Below, piece after piece: positions 26,230 to 36,400 of a stretch of 64,000 nt of DNA; the stretch's first letter is position 1; every line of letters begins with the position of its first letter. This stretch comes from a virus, in the IMG/VR virus record IMGVR_UViG_3300031963_000072, positions 1-64,000 of that record; one strand, written 5' to 3'. The notes beneath the pieces are model-generated. The model did not search any database and was not told the origin of the DNA. It saw nothing but the letters and a program-made list of their open reading frames with translations. A program made the translations under genes and the position numbers.

Positions 26230-26721
26230 TCAATTAGAAACTTGTCCTATTGCATATGCAGTTGCAATTGTGAAAATTACAGAGCTTGCAAATCCAATTC
26301 CAAACCATGTCGATCTGCTGGGTATGCTGCTTTTTAATTCAAGAAGTTCTTGCTCTGATCTAGCAAGCTCTTTCTCTAGCAATCGCACTTTGTTCTCACT
26401 TGAAGAAATTCTTGCGTCTTGAATGCTCTTTTCAGTAAGACACTTTGATTCCTGCTCTTTTAAATCAAAAAGTAATTTTGCTCTAGCAATACTGACGGCA
26501 GTGTCGACCTCTAACTTAAGTCGACTTTCAAAGACATTGTGGTCTGTTATTATTTTTATGGCTGCTGGTGGTGATAATAATATTCCGGGAAATGGAGCTG
26601 ACTGACCTTTTGACATGGGAAACAGAAAGGCGGCGTCTTCTTGCACATTGCTTTCAATTTTTTGTGCAAGGGCTCCTGAAGAAGTGAGAGTAACTAGCAA
26701 AAAGAAGATATAGTTTTTCAT
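26230..26721 (-). CDS. secreted coiled-coil protein with C-terminal TM helix
   Basis: Signal peptide, coiled coil, WFGIGF... TM segment. Confidence 0.65.
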   Translation of the reverse strand: MKNYIFFLLVTLTSSGALAQKIESNVQEDAAFLFPMSKGQSAPFPGILLSPPAAIKIITDHNVFESRLKLEVDTAVSIARAKLLFDLKEQESKCLTEKSIQDARISSSENKVRLLEKELARSEQELLELKSSIPSRSTWFGIGFASSVIFTIATAYAIGQVSN

Positions 26722-26723
26722 TT

Positions 26724-27137
26724 CTATCGCTTTGGAGAAGAAAGAACAGGAATCCCCAGTGCTTTGCTCATCTCTAAGCTTAGTCCTGCAGGATCTTCTT
26801 TGTATTTTTGTAGAAGCTTTTTGCTTTCTTCAACTCTAATATTTTCGATTTCTTTAAGTTTTTCTTCATGCTTGAGCAGAGAATTACTCAAATCTTCCTG
26901 CAGCTTTTTTAGATTTTCTTCGTGGCGTTTTCTCTCTTCAGCTTGAGAAGATAGAATCTTTCTCAATTCAGCATCGTGTATGTCCTGCATCTCTCTCAGC
27001 TTCTCAGAAGTCCTGACATTCTCTGATCTCAGATTTTCAGATACGCGATTTAGCAAGAATGCTGCAAGAAGAACTATGCATGCAGGTAAAATTGCAGGCT
27101 TCAAAAAATCATAGAGGCTCTTGAAAAAAGAATTCAT
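26724..27137 (-). CDS. N-anchored coiled-coil membrane protein (i-spanin-like topology)
   Basis: TM helix followed by a long coiled coil; start moved to MNSFF. Confidence 0.6.
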   Translation of the reverse strand: MNSFFKSLYDFLKPAILPACIVLLAAFLLNRVSENLRSENVRTSEKLREMQDIHDAELRKILSSQAEERKRHEENLKKLQEDLSNSLLKHEEKLKEIENIRVEESKKLLQKYKEDPAGLSLEMSKALGIPVLSSPKR

Positions 27138-27138
27138 T

Positions 27139-27453
27139 CTAGTTGGGCTTGTCAGGCTTATTTTTAGATATTGAAGGCAAAGAAGAATCAAGTCCTGTTT
27201 CTGCTTTCGTCTTCTTTAGAAGAAATTCTTGGACAACATATAAGTCGCTTATTGCCTTATTCTGATTATCAAGTGCAACAATAATTGACTCTATCGATCT
27301 CATGACTTGTGAAAGTTGCTGAGTTAACATGCTTACAGCTTTAGAAAGCATGTCAACATCTTGTGGCAAGTCTGCACTTTTCTTCAAGAGAGATGCGAGA
27401 AAATTCAGCACTCCTTCATTTTTTTCATTCGGGGGATCGTTGTTCGTTGTCAT
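27139..27453 (-). CDS. hypothetical coiled-coil protein
   Basis: ORF in operon. Confidence 0.6.
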   Translation of the reverse strand: MTTNNDPPNEKNEGVLNFLASLLKKSADLPQDVDMLSKAVSMLTQQLSQVMRSIESIIVALDNQNKAISDLYVVQEFLLKKTKAETGLDSSLPSISKNKPDKPN

Positions 27454-27733
27454 CGGATTCTTCAAGAAGATTGTACAATATCTCGCTATTGATATTGCTA
27501 ATCTTATGATTTTTATCGATCTTTTCGAGACTGTTAATTAATTTTTTCTTGGCAATTTTTTCAAGGAACTTTTCAGACTTGGTGCTATCCGAAACGGCAA
27601 ATTCTGCTGCTTCTTGAAAAAGATCTTGCATTGTAATGCCATGCCTAAAGAGTTTTTCTCTAAGAAGCGTGTGAGTTTCACGAGATAGTTTAACGTGAAC
27701 ACTCTTCTTGTTAAAAAAGATATCGGTCCTCAA
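27425..27733 (-). CDS. ribbon-helix-helix-like DNA-binding protein
   Basis: KSVHVKL strand followed by two helices (THTLLREKL, ITMQDLFQE). Confidence 0.55.
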   Translation of the reverse strand: MRTDIFFNKKSVHVKLSRETHTLLREKLFRHGITMQDLFQEAAEFAVSDSTKSEKFLEKIAKKKLINSLEKIDKNHKISNINSEILYNLLEESDDNEQRSPE

Positions 27734-28245
27734 GCCCCGCCAGCTCCTCCCATGGGACCTGCGGCACCAGCCTTAGGTGCCTGCACTTCATCGTCTTTCT
27801 CGGACTCAGACTGTCCTATCTCTATGCCATATGACTCTTGCAATTCAGCCTTAAATGCCTGAACGGCATCTCCCTCGTAGTTCTCAGAAAGATAGTTGGC
27901 AGCCCTGCGAAGTATTGTGTTCTTGACCTCGAGCAAAGAATCATAATTCTCAACAAGCCTCATGACATCTGAAACGAATGATCCCATGCTGATGTCTTCC
28001 AGTTTCGCCTTCTGCGGCTCTTCGGATTCCTCTTCTTCAGCTTCAGTTAGTTTACGCCAGTCCCATGTCAACTTGTTATGTGTGACTGATTCAAACTTTG
28101 CCTTGCTTTCTTCTTTTGCCTGAGATTCATACTGTGAGAGGTACTTGTCGATCTGAGAATCGACAGAATCTTCACCCGACTCCTTCTTCGGTTCTTCGTC
28201 AGCCTCTCGGAGAAGCCGCGCAAGTTCTTTCAAAGAATTCATCAC
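27730..28245 (-). CDS. hypothetical acidic protein
   Basis: LARLLRE leader, DSVDSQID, FVSDVMRL. Confidence 0.7.
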   Translation of the reverse strand: MMNSLKELARLLREADEEPKKESGEDSVDSQIDKYLSQYESQAKEESKAKFESVTHNKLTWDWRKLTEAEEEESEEPQKAKLEDISMGSFVSDVMRLVENYDSLLEVKNTILRRAANYLSENYEGDAVQAFKAELQESYGIEIGQSESEKDDEVQAPKAGAAGPMGGAGGA

Positions 28246-28967
28246 TTCACCACCGTTGCGATCGCCTCTGCTCTCTTGAAGCGGTCTTCGATGACCTGCC
28301 AGTTGAACTCACGCATCTGGGCGATGAGGTAGCTCTTCTTGTCGCTGAGGTAATCTTTATAGTATGCGTGCTCCCACATGTCCATGACGATGACTGGATA
28401 GAAACCGATAGGAACATCTCCGCTGTGGTGTGAGACCATGAAGTTAACATACTTCTTCAGGAACATGTGGTAACCGCAAACTGCCCATCCACTGCCTGCT
28501 GAAAGGGCACATGCCATGAAGTCACGTTGCCAGTCATCGAATGTACCAAAGTCTCTCTCAAGCTTGAGGTACGAGAGGGAGTCCATCACAACTTCACTGT
28601 GGGGATCAAAACAGTTTGCGAAGTAAAGCTCATGTAGCCACGTTGCGTTGAGGTTGTATGTCTCGTCGAGCTTGAGAGAACGATAATCAGAATGACGAGA
28701 GTTTACCTCTGATCGATTGGCTGTGTCAAGCTTTGCTGACACCTTGTTCAGAGATTCAATGTAACCCTTATAAAGCTCGCTATGAGAATCTTTGGTCTTC
28801 TGAGACACAAACTCTGAAACTTGCTTGAATTTCTTCTCTTGAGCGACATAAGACTCATCAAGCTTTTCTAAGGATATCTTCTCTTTCTTAAAGTGATCCT
28901 TTATGCTTTTTTTAACAATTCCGTCGACGTCGACGCCAGCAAGCAAATCCTTCTTATCATATGACAT
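28242..28967 (-). CDS. Fe/Mn superoxide dismutase-family protein
   Basis: H..LYKGY, LHELYF, GSGWAV, DMWEHAYY; start moved to MSYDKK. Confidence 0.9.
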   Translation of the reverse strand: MSYDKKDLLAGVDVDGIVKKSIKDHFKKEKISLEKLDESYVAQEKKFKQVSEFVSQKTKDSHSELYKGYIESLNKVSAKLDTANRSEVNSRHSDYRSLKLDETYNLNATWLHELYFANCFDPHSEVVMDSLSYLKLERDFGTFDDWQRDFMACALSAGSGWAVCGYHMFLKKYVNFMVSHHSGDVPIGFYPVIVMDMWEHAYYKDYLSDKKSYLIAQMREFNWQVIEDRFKRAEAIATVVK

Positions 28968-29229
28968 ATTCGTTCTCCAGTGTGTCTTTGTCAACAATGA
29001 ATAGCTTTCCCTCGGGTGTCTTAAGAATGGCATCTCTCGGTCCCACAGAAACTACCGTATATAAAATACCGTTGCGCTTAATTTTTAAGTCGGGTGAAAG
29101 AAGTGTCTTTTCTTTTCCGTCAACATTACCTTTAAAAGTAGCATCAACTTCTTCTGTAAGTCGAGCGAGTCTTGTTTCCCATTCTTCTCTCATAATTCTT
29201 ATGATATCTGCGTCTTCAAGCTTCTTCAT
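28957..29229 (-). CDS. hypothetical protein
   Basis: IIRIMREE leader; ATATTTA upstream. Confidence 0.7.
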   Translation of the reverse strand: MKKLEDADIIRIMREEWETRLARLTEEVDATFKGNVDGKEKTLLSPDLKIKRNGILYTVVSVGPRDAILKTPEGKLFIVDKDTLENEYVI

Positions 29230-29659
29230 GACTACTAAATATAACGTCAGAAAATCTATTTACGACAATGCCGCACGTTCGCAATATAGTCAATCCTGAC
29301 ACGTCTCTATATTCTTGATCATAAACTACTTCAGATATGTTGGCGTTCACTATTAACTTGGCACATTGCTGACACGGAGAGTGGGTCAAGTACATGATCT
29401 TGTTGCGATTGAAATTGTAATCACATTTGACCAAGGCATTGACTTCAGCGTGAATAAATCCACTGTGTCCTGGATCATTTGAGTCTGGTTGATGTGGACC
29501 ACCTCTGTAATTTCCATTGTATCCAAGAGCAAGCAGCCTTGTGTTATCATCGGATACAATGATTGTGCCTACCTTTAGCCTTGGGTCATAAGACCTTTCA
29601 GCTACAGTCTTGGCTATGGTCATCCACGTCTGATGCCACGTAGGTCTATTGACTTCCAT
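29216..29659 (-). CDS. dCMP deaminase
   Basis: RPTW, GYNG, HAE, SPCQQC. Confidence 0.92.
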   Translation of the reverse strand: MEVNRPTWHQTWMTIAKTVAERSYDPRLKVGTIIVSDDNTRLLALGYNGNYRGGPHQPDSNDPGHSGFIHAEVNALVKCDYNFNRNKIMYLTHSPCQQCAKLIVNANISEVVYDQEYRDVSGLTILRTCGIVVNRFSDVIFSSHEEA

Positions 29660-30227
29660 GTATTTTCTGTCTCTGGTCTATGGAGAGGTGGTGTGAATAG
29701 CATCTCGGCTCATACAGTTCTGAACCGCCAACTTCTATTTCTTCTCCTCCTGTCTGTTTCTTGTGCGTATAGTGTGCATCTCTACCACACACAGTACAGA
29801 CTGCAGTGCATTTCTCGACCTGGGTTGCCCAAACTAGCATTTTTTCTATTTCGCTAAATGGTTTTCCTGCAGCTGACATTTCAAGAGAAGAAACAACTAT
29901 TGTGAATCCATAAGTAAAAAGCCACGTCAAAGCATCTGCTGAACCTGGTATCATAAAAGCTTCATCGACTGCAACAACGTGCGGTTCTTCATCGAGGCTT
30001 GTCAGATATTCAAGTATTTCAGCCCCTGTTTTTACACATACGGCCGGGACCTTCCAACCGCTATGAGTGGCAACTTCACTATAGCTGTATCTATCGTCTA
30101 TATTTGGCTTAAAGATTACAATCTTTTTATGCTGATATTTGTATTTTTCAAGAGTTGAAAGAAGGCGACTTGTTTTTGAAGAAAACATTGGCCCGCAGTA
30201 AACAATAAACTCTGGGTTATTTAGCAT
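29646..30227 (-). CDS. tdk: thymidine kinase
   Basis: GPMFSSKT, DEA, CTVCG, YEPRC; start moved to MLNNPEF. Confidence 0.92.
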   Translation of the reverse strand: MLNNPEFIVYCGPMFSSKTSRLLSTLEKYKYQHKKIVIFKPNIDDRYSYSEVATHSGWKVPAVCVKTGAEILEYLTSLDEEPHVVAVDEAFMIPGSADALTWLFTYGFTIVVSSLEMSAAGKPFSEIEKMLVWATQVEKCTAVCTVCGRDAHYTHKKQTGGEEIEVGGSELYEPRCYSHHLSIDQRQKIHGSQ

Positions 30228-31189
30228 TTCTTTACCTCGTACCCTTTTACGATATCCCAGTTCTCTTCGTACCAAGCTATTGTTCTATCAAGACCTTCCC
30301 AAAATTGAACTTCAGGAACATATCCAATTTCTGACTTAATCAAAGACAAGTTTGCGTGCGTGTGCATCACATCACCAGGTCGCCAAGGAGCTGTAACATA
30401 CTTTGCATCTGGATACTTTTTAATTAAAAAATTAAGAATTTCTATGTTTTTCGTTTTGCTTCCACACGCGACGTTAAAATAATCTCCGTGAAATTCTTTT
30501 TCAGAAATGGCTGCCTTGTAGAAGGCCTGCGTTGCGTTGTCTACGTAACATAAGTCTCTTGATTGTGATCCGTCTCCGTCAGATCTCATGGGTTTTCCGC
30601 TTTTTATCGCAGTTAACCAGGCAGAAACAGCAGTTGAGTAAGGAGATCCGCCAAGCTGTCTAGGACCGAATACATTGAATAATCGCAAGCTTGCAGATTC
30701 AAGCTTATAATGCATCCAATATTGAATCAAATAGTCTTCTACGATAGACTTTTGCAAAGCATAGGGTGACTTAGGATTCTTCTGATATTCTTCTGAAGTA
30801 GGTAAAGTATCAGCGCCTCCGTAAACAGAAGAGGAGGAGGCAAATATAAATCTCTTTATATTCTTATTTGTGCAAGCATTGACTAAAGAAAGAGTCTTGG
30901 TCACGTTTGTTTCATGTGACTCAAGTGGGTGGTCGACAGAAAAAGAAACTCTTGGAATTGCCGCCAAATGAAAAACGTAGTCGTATGTTTTATCCTCAAT
31001 CTTCCGCAAAACTTCTCTGGAAGAAAAATCGTCGCAAAGAAATTCTTTGACAGACGGATTGACGTATTCCTTGTAACCGCTAGCCAGATTATCTACTACG
31101 GTGACTTCCCAACCATTAGAAATTAATCTGTCGGTCAAATGACTTCCAATGAATCCTGCACCGCCTGTTACTAATGCTCTTTTTTTCAT
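30221..31189 (-). CDS. NAD-dependent NDP-sugar epimerase/dehydratase
   Basis: TGGAGFIG, SSSSVYG, YALQK, NVFGPRQ, RPGDV. Confidence 0.92.
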   Translation of the reverse strand: MKKRALVTGGAGFIGSHLTDRLISNGWEVTVVDNLASGYKEYVNPSVKEFLCDDFSSREVLRKIEDKTYDYVFHLAAIPRVSFSVDHPLESHETNVTKTLSLVNACTNKNIKRFIFASSSSVYGGADTLPTSEEYQKNPKSPYALQKSIVEDYLIQYWMHYKLESASLRLFNVFGPRQLGGSPYSTAVSAWLTAIKSGKPMRSDGDGSQSRDLCYVDNATQAFYKAAISEKEFHGDYFNVACGSKTKNIEILNFLIKKYPDAKYVTAPWRPGDVMHTHANLSLIKSEIGYVPEVQFWEGLDRTIAWYEENWDIVKGYEVKKC

Positions 31190-31203
31190 AGGGTTAATTT
31201 AAG

Positions 31204-31521
31204 CTATTTTAGAATTCTTTTTATAATTTGAGTCTTGAATTTTTCTGGGAATTCAAATTGATCAGCATAATAAACGATAGACTCGTTCCACTCTTTCACC
31301 AGATGAGATTCTTCAACACCTGCCATGTCTTGTTCAATCTCAGTCCAGATTCTATGCAACAATTTCTTGTCGTTGATTACGTTGAAGTCTTCAGAAGCTG
31401 CCTCTACAAGATAGACAAAATTTTCAAAATTCTTAGGAGGTAATCTCCTCTCAATTACGATCTTTTTTATCTGATCCTGAAGAGAATCCCTGATAATTTT
31501 CTTTATTTGATAAATGTCCAT
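31204..31521 (-). CDS. hypothetical protein
   Basis: IKKIIRD leader; ATAATTA upstream. Confidence 0.65.
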   Translation of the reverse strand: MDIYQIKKIIRDSLQDQIKKIVIERRLPPKNFENFVYLVEAASEDFNVINDKKLLHRIWTEIEQDMAGVEESHLVKEWNESIVYYADQFEFPEKFKTQIIKRILK

Positions 31522-31531
31522 AAAGTAATTA

Positions 31532-32527
31532 TCAAGTTTTCCAGAAGCTGTAGAGATTCTTCTCTACTTCATAAGGCATTAACTTGACAGGACGCTGAGG
31601 CTGTGATGCAGCCCAGACAAACATTTTCTCTATTAGATCTTCGAAGTTTGTGTCATCTTTAAAGTTGAGATGTTCAATGGCTTTAGAATGATCACAATAG
31701 GCAATCTGAACTTCATCTCTTGCCTCAAGATGAACTACGCTTGTAGTATAGCCAAGTTTTTGAGCAACAGAGCAGAACATCTTTGAAGCCTCTAGAATCG
31801 ATATCTTAGAATCCGCGCCAATATTGTAGATCTCTCTATCACCTAGTGTCATCAAAGATTCAAAAGGCTCCATGTAATACTTGATGTCAGAAAAAGACCT
31901 GATCTGGGAACCGTCACCGTAGATGGTAATGGGCTGACCAGACAATGTTTGTCTAATCCAGATTCCAAGTACATTCCTGTATTTATCCCAGATATTCTGG
32001 TATATGCCGAACACGTTGTGAGGTCTTACTACCGAGTAGTTGAGATCAAATAAGCGAGAAGCGTGCTTCAGATCGAGCTCAACAGCGTATTTTGCAATTC
32101 CATACGGATCTTCAGGAGAGGGAACCATATCCTCTGTGTAAGGTGAGCTACATTCACTCCCGTAGACATCCATCGAAGAAGAAAATATTATTTTCTTTAC
32201 ACCGCCATTAATGCAACTGTTGATAACATTTGCAGAAGCAACCACATTGTTGGTGTAATTGAAGCTTCTAATAAAAGGACTCAATCCCACGGCAGCATAT
32301 GCAGCAAAATGATAGACATAGTCTGGTTTTGTGTCTTTGAAAATCTGTCCCACATTTTTTTGATCCGCTAAATTTACCTGGTGGAAAACCAGGCGTGAAT
32401 CAACGTTTTCAACATAACCTCCGCTAAGATCATCAATTCCAAAAACTTCGTGACCCTTGTCCAGCAGATGACGAGTTAGGTGAGATCCCAATAGACCAGC
32501 GCAACCTGTTACAATTATTCTAGACAT
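31532..32527 (-). CDS. NAD-dependent NDP-sugar epimerase/dehydratase
   Basis: TGCAGLLG, SSMDVYG, YGIAK, GDGSQIRSF. Confidence 0.92.
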   Translation of the reverse strand: MSRIIVTGCAGLLGSHLTRHLLDKGHEVFGIDDLSGGYVENVDSRLVFHQVNLADQKNVGQIFKDTKPDYVYHFAAYAAVGLSPFIRSFNYTNNVVASANVINSCINGGVKKIIFSSSMDVYGSECSSPYTEDMVPSPEDPYGIAKYAVELDLKHASRLFDLNYSVVRPHNVFGIYQNIWDKYRNVLGIWIRQTLSGQPITIYGDGSQIRSFSDIKYYMEPFESLMTLGDREIYNIGADSKISILEASKMFCSVAQKLGYTTSVVHLEARDEVQIAYCDHSKAIEHLNFKDDTNFEDLIEKMFVWAASQPQRPVKLMPYEVEKNLYSFWKT

Positions 32528-32535
32528 GAAATGAA

Positions 32536-33447
32536 TTATATCTTGTCGTTACGAACGTGGAGACTATTATAGCTTACGTCTAGAAGAATTTTACTAGGTT
32601 TCCAACTAAAAAATCTTGCAATTTCTGTAGAAAGATGAGACAAAAATCTCAAATCGGGAGAACCATTTCCCACAGAATCTGTGCTTCTTAATTGACAAAT
32701 GACTTTTAGATTGCCTTGTCTGTTAAGAAAATGTATTGAAGATATACACGTATCGCTAGAATAATAAAAGCGACGCGTGTCAAGATTCTGAGGAGTTTTA
32801 TAAGGATTGTCTCCGGCAGTCTCTCTAGAGATGATTTCTTTACACTTGCTCAATATCTCCTTAAAGTATTGAGCTTCATGCTCAATTTCTAGACAGTCTA
32901 CGTCGCTGTACTCTGGGGGTAGATTAAACCTTGCTCTAAACTGAACTTCTGCTTTCTCGTCCAATTTAGTCCACATTCTACTGAGAGAGCCAAAGACGGA
33001 AGGCGTAAGTTGCTCGTACTGATTTAGTGACTTCAAAGCCCTAGAAGTTAGAGATTCTCTATCGAGTTCTTCCCTGATGACAAGAACGTTGGGCAAAAAA
33101 GAAATCTTCTTGACTTCATCTTCAAAAATGTCGTGGAGGCGAACAAGGGAATCCTTGTCTTGAAAATCATCTCCTCTAACGCTAAGACGATCTATTAAAA
33201 CATCTTTTGCAGGTAATAGAACGATAAAGAAATTGTTTCCATCACACAGCTCTTCTCTAAGCGAATTTCTCAGATCTTCAGCAGCTGGCCTGTCGTACAG
33301 TCTAGCATAGCATAGCGTAGACAGATACGACCTGTCTCTAATATTCCTTATGTATGAAGTTGCCTTATTGAGGTTGGAATATAGAGAAGTTTTTCCGCTA
33401 CAATCAGGGCCTTCTATAACAACGTAATTGACCGGTAAGAATGTCAT
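32536..33447 (-). CDS. NMP kinase fused to a minimal thymidylate-synthase-like domain
   Basis: N-terminal EGPDCSGKT and DRSYLS; C-terminal RR, C, RSTD, D, SLH; start moved to MTFLPVN (ATGA overlap with dnaE). Confidence 0.75.
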   Translation of the reverse strand: MTFLPVNYVVIEGPDCSGKTSLYSNLNKATSYIRNIRDRSYLSTLCYARLYDRPAAEDLRNSLREELCDGNNFFIVLLPAKDVLIDRLSVRGDDFQDKDSLVRLHDIFEDEVKKISFLPNVLVIREELDRESLTSRALKSLNQYEQLTPSVFGSLSRMWTKLDEKAEVQFRARFNLPPEYSDVDCLEIEHEAQYFKEILSKCKEIISRETAGDNPYKTPQNLDTRRFYYSSDTCISSIHFLNRQGNLKVICQLRSTDSVGNGSPDLRFLSHLSTEIARFFSWKPSKILLDVSYNSLHVRNDKI

Positions 33448-36400
33448 GCCATTTGCCTCATCTTGAAAATAGATGTAGAAAATCCCCACTGTGCGTCGTG
33501 CTGAGCCTTGCAAACCCACAAAGTATAGGGAAGAATATCATCTTGTGGGGTACCCCATACTCTAAGCCTTGCAGTTCTGAATGTATTGTCAAGTGTCTTG
33601 ATTGCATAAAAGACTTTTCCGTTCTTTGTCTTCTTCTTCTCGACAGAAGAAGCGCAGAACCAGCCTATGCCCTCAGATCCTGCAGGAATATCGTGAATAC
33701 TGTAGACCTCTTTTTCCTCCACTTTCCGCATAACGTCCGGTGGAAACATTAAATCGCCGTCGACAGTTGAAGTCAGTTCGTATCTCACGCTTATCTTTTC
33801 AAATCTCTCCCAGTCTTCAACAGTCGAAAGTTCTTCTAGTAGAAAATCGAGTATAGGCATCACAGGCTCACCAAGCTTCTCCTTCTTCTTTAGCTGAGAA
33901 GCAGTGAGACCGTAATAGCCCTTTCTAAGGGTCTCATAGTTATCGCCCTCTGTCAGGGCCATCAAGACCTGCCTATGGTTTGAAACCCTCCCGTACTGAA
34001 AGTCTTCAAGGGATTCAAGCCCTTCGATCTTACAAAGAGATGTTAGAACCGTCTTGTTAATCTTACTCGGCTTCCATTCTCCGTTATCGTTGAACAGAAT
34101 GTCGCTAAGATTCTTGTAGGGTCTTGAGTAAATGATTTCGTCGACTGCGGCCGCACCGATACCTTTCACCGATGTAAGCGGCGGAACAAATGCTTGGGCT
34201 TCGTCAGAATATTGCCACTCTTTGCCAGAATAGTTGATATCGATCTTAGAGAAGGCGTACCCAATCGTCTTAATCTCAGAGATTGCCTTGGCTAGTGCGT
34301 CGGGATTACTGTTTTCCGACTGTAGAATTGTAGCGAGCCATTCTTTCTCGTAATGGGTGTGTAGCCATGCTGCATAGTAGGAGTCAAGTGCATAGGCAAC
34401 CGAGTGAGACTTGTTAAAGCCGTACAGAGAGAAGAACTCGATCTTATCGAACAGCTCGTGCATCATCTTTTCGGGAAGATTATGAAGGCGTTTCGCACCT
34501 TCAACAAACTTCTCACGGAGTGCTGCACGTTCGCCACCCTTCTTGTCTGCCGTGTCGAGAGACTTCTTGACAAGAGTTTTTCTCATTTGGTCGGCTTCAC
34601 CCTCAGTGAATCCTGAAAGTTCCATTGCAAGAAGCATGAATTGCTCCTGGAATGTGATGAATCCTCTCGTTGCGCCGAGAACCTTCTCGATGAGAGGGTG
34701 ATCGTACTTGATCTTCGATAGATCCTTACCAGCATCGACGTACATGTTGTGCACGTTCGCCTTGAGAGGACCAGGTCGATAGATTGCTGTTACCGCAGCA
34801 AGTTCGTCGATGTTATTAGGCTTCGCCTGCATGCAGAATTTGCGTGCGCCGCTGGCGGTAAATTGGAAAACTCCAACGAAGTTTCCTTTATGGTAAACAT
34901 GCTCCCAGACCTTGGGGTCGTCCTGCTTCACGTATCGGCAGTTGAGATGCTTGTCAAAGAATGCTTTGGTGTCTGTAAATGAAGGATTAGGATTACCCTC
35001 TTTGACAAGGATGCGTCTAATGCAGTTCTCTACGTCCTTGAGAAGCGTGAGACCCAAGAAGTCGAACTTAAGGAATCCGTTCTCCTCGAGGTTTCTGAAG
35101 TTCATGCCTTCAGACCAGGGAGTTTGTAGTTCACCACGGACACCAATGATTGGCATCGTAGCAGCCAAGTCATCAGGATCTGCAACGAGAACGCCACCTG
35201 CATGTCGACCTACAGATCGATTCTGCATGAAGAGCGTCTCAACGTGAGCAGCGACGTCGGGATACTTCTCCATGAACGCACGGTATTTCGGAGAATGCTT
35301 CATGCAGTCCTCATGCTTCAGGACGAAAACAGACTTTTCAGTATCGTCATCTCGGGCAAGGTTCATCACCTCATCCTGAAGCGGACCTGTCATCTCGTTA
35401 ACTTCCTCGAAAGGAACACTGTAGATCTTAGCGATGTCCTTGACAAGCGACTTAAGCTTCAAGGTATTGAAGTTGGAGACGGGTATGACGGCATCGTCGC
35501 CGAACAATTCTCGAGCTGCGTCGATCAGAGCATCTCGGTCACCAGCATCGGAGTCAATGTCAGGCCAAGCTACTTTCTGTCGATTGAGAAAGCGTCCCCA
35601 AAGCAAATTGTAGGGGATGGGATCGATCTGCGTAATACCAAGAAGAAAATTGACAAGAGATCCTGCGCCGCTGCCTCTTCCTGGGCCGAGGAGTGTCTTT
35701 GCCTCGGCCTTGTGGAAGATCTTATACATCGTCACGAAGTAAGAAGCGTGCCCAAGGAACTTGATGTCAGACAACTCCATCTTCGCACGTTCAACGTACT
35801 CAGGCTTGTCAGCGAGACCTTCGCGGACGAGTCCTTCCTTGACAAGTTCTGTGAGCTGCTGGAATGTAGACTTCTCTGGTGTATCTAAGTGAGGTAGTTT
35901 CGCCTTCGTAGGAATCCAGGTGTCTTCGCACTCCTGCCAGGCGAGGTCGTGAGTACGCTCGATGGAATCTCTAACTAATTCTTCTGTCCCTCTGTAGAAG
36001 TCGTACTGTTCGTAGGACGCCTTGTACTCGTCCCACATCTGCGAGGCATTTTTGGGGTACAGCTCACACTTGAGATCTTCAAATTTAGGAAGAGCAGACT
36101 GTTCTAGCTTGGCACCCATCCACCCAAGCTTCTTGTACAGCTCGCGAGCCTGCCATTTAGAAGGATCCGGGTAGTGAGAATCGCAGGTTGAAACGAGCGG
36201 GATACCTGTCTTCCTGTGAAGTTCTATGAGATACTTGTTAACAGTGTGCTGTTTTTCAAGCTTATTGAATTGCAGCTCGAGGAAAAAGTTGTTACGCCCG
36301 ACAGACTCTACAAATCTGTCTGCTACATTCTCAATGTCATTGAGAATCTCGATCTCAGACTTACCGTGAGCCTCACCGAGCAGAATTTTGGAAGAAAAAT

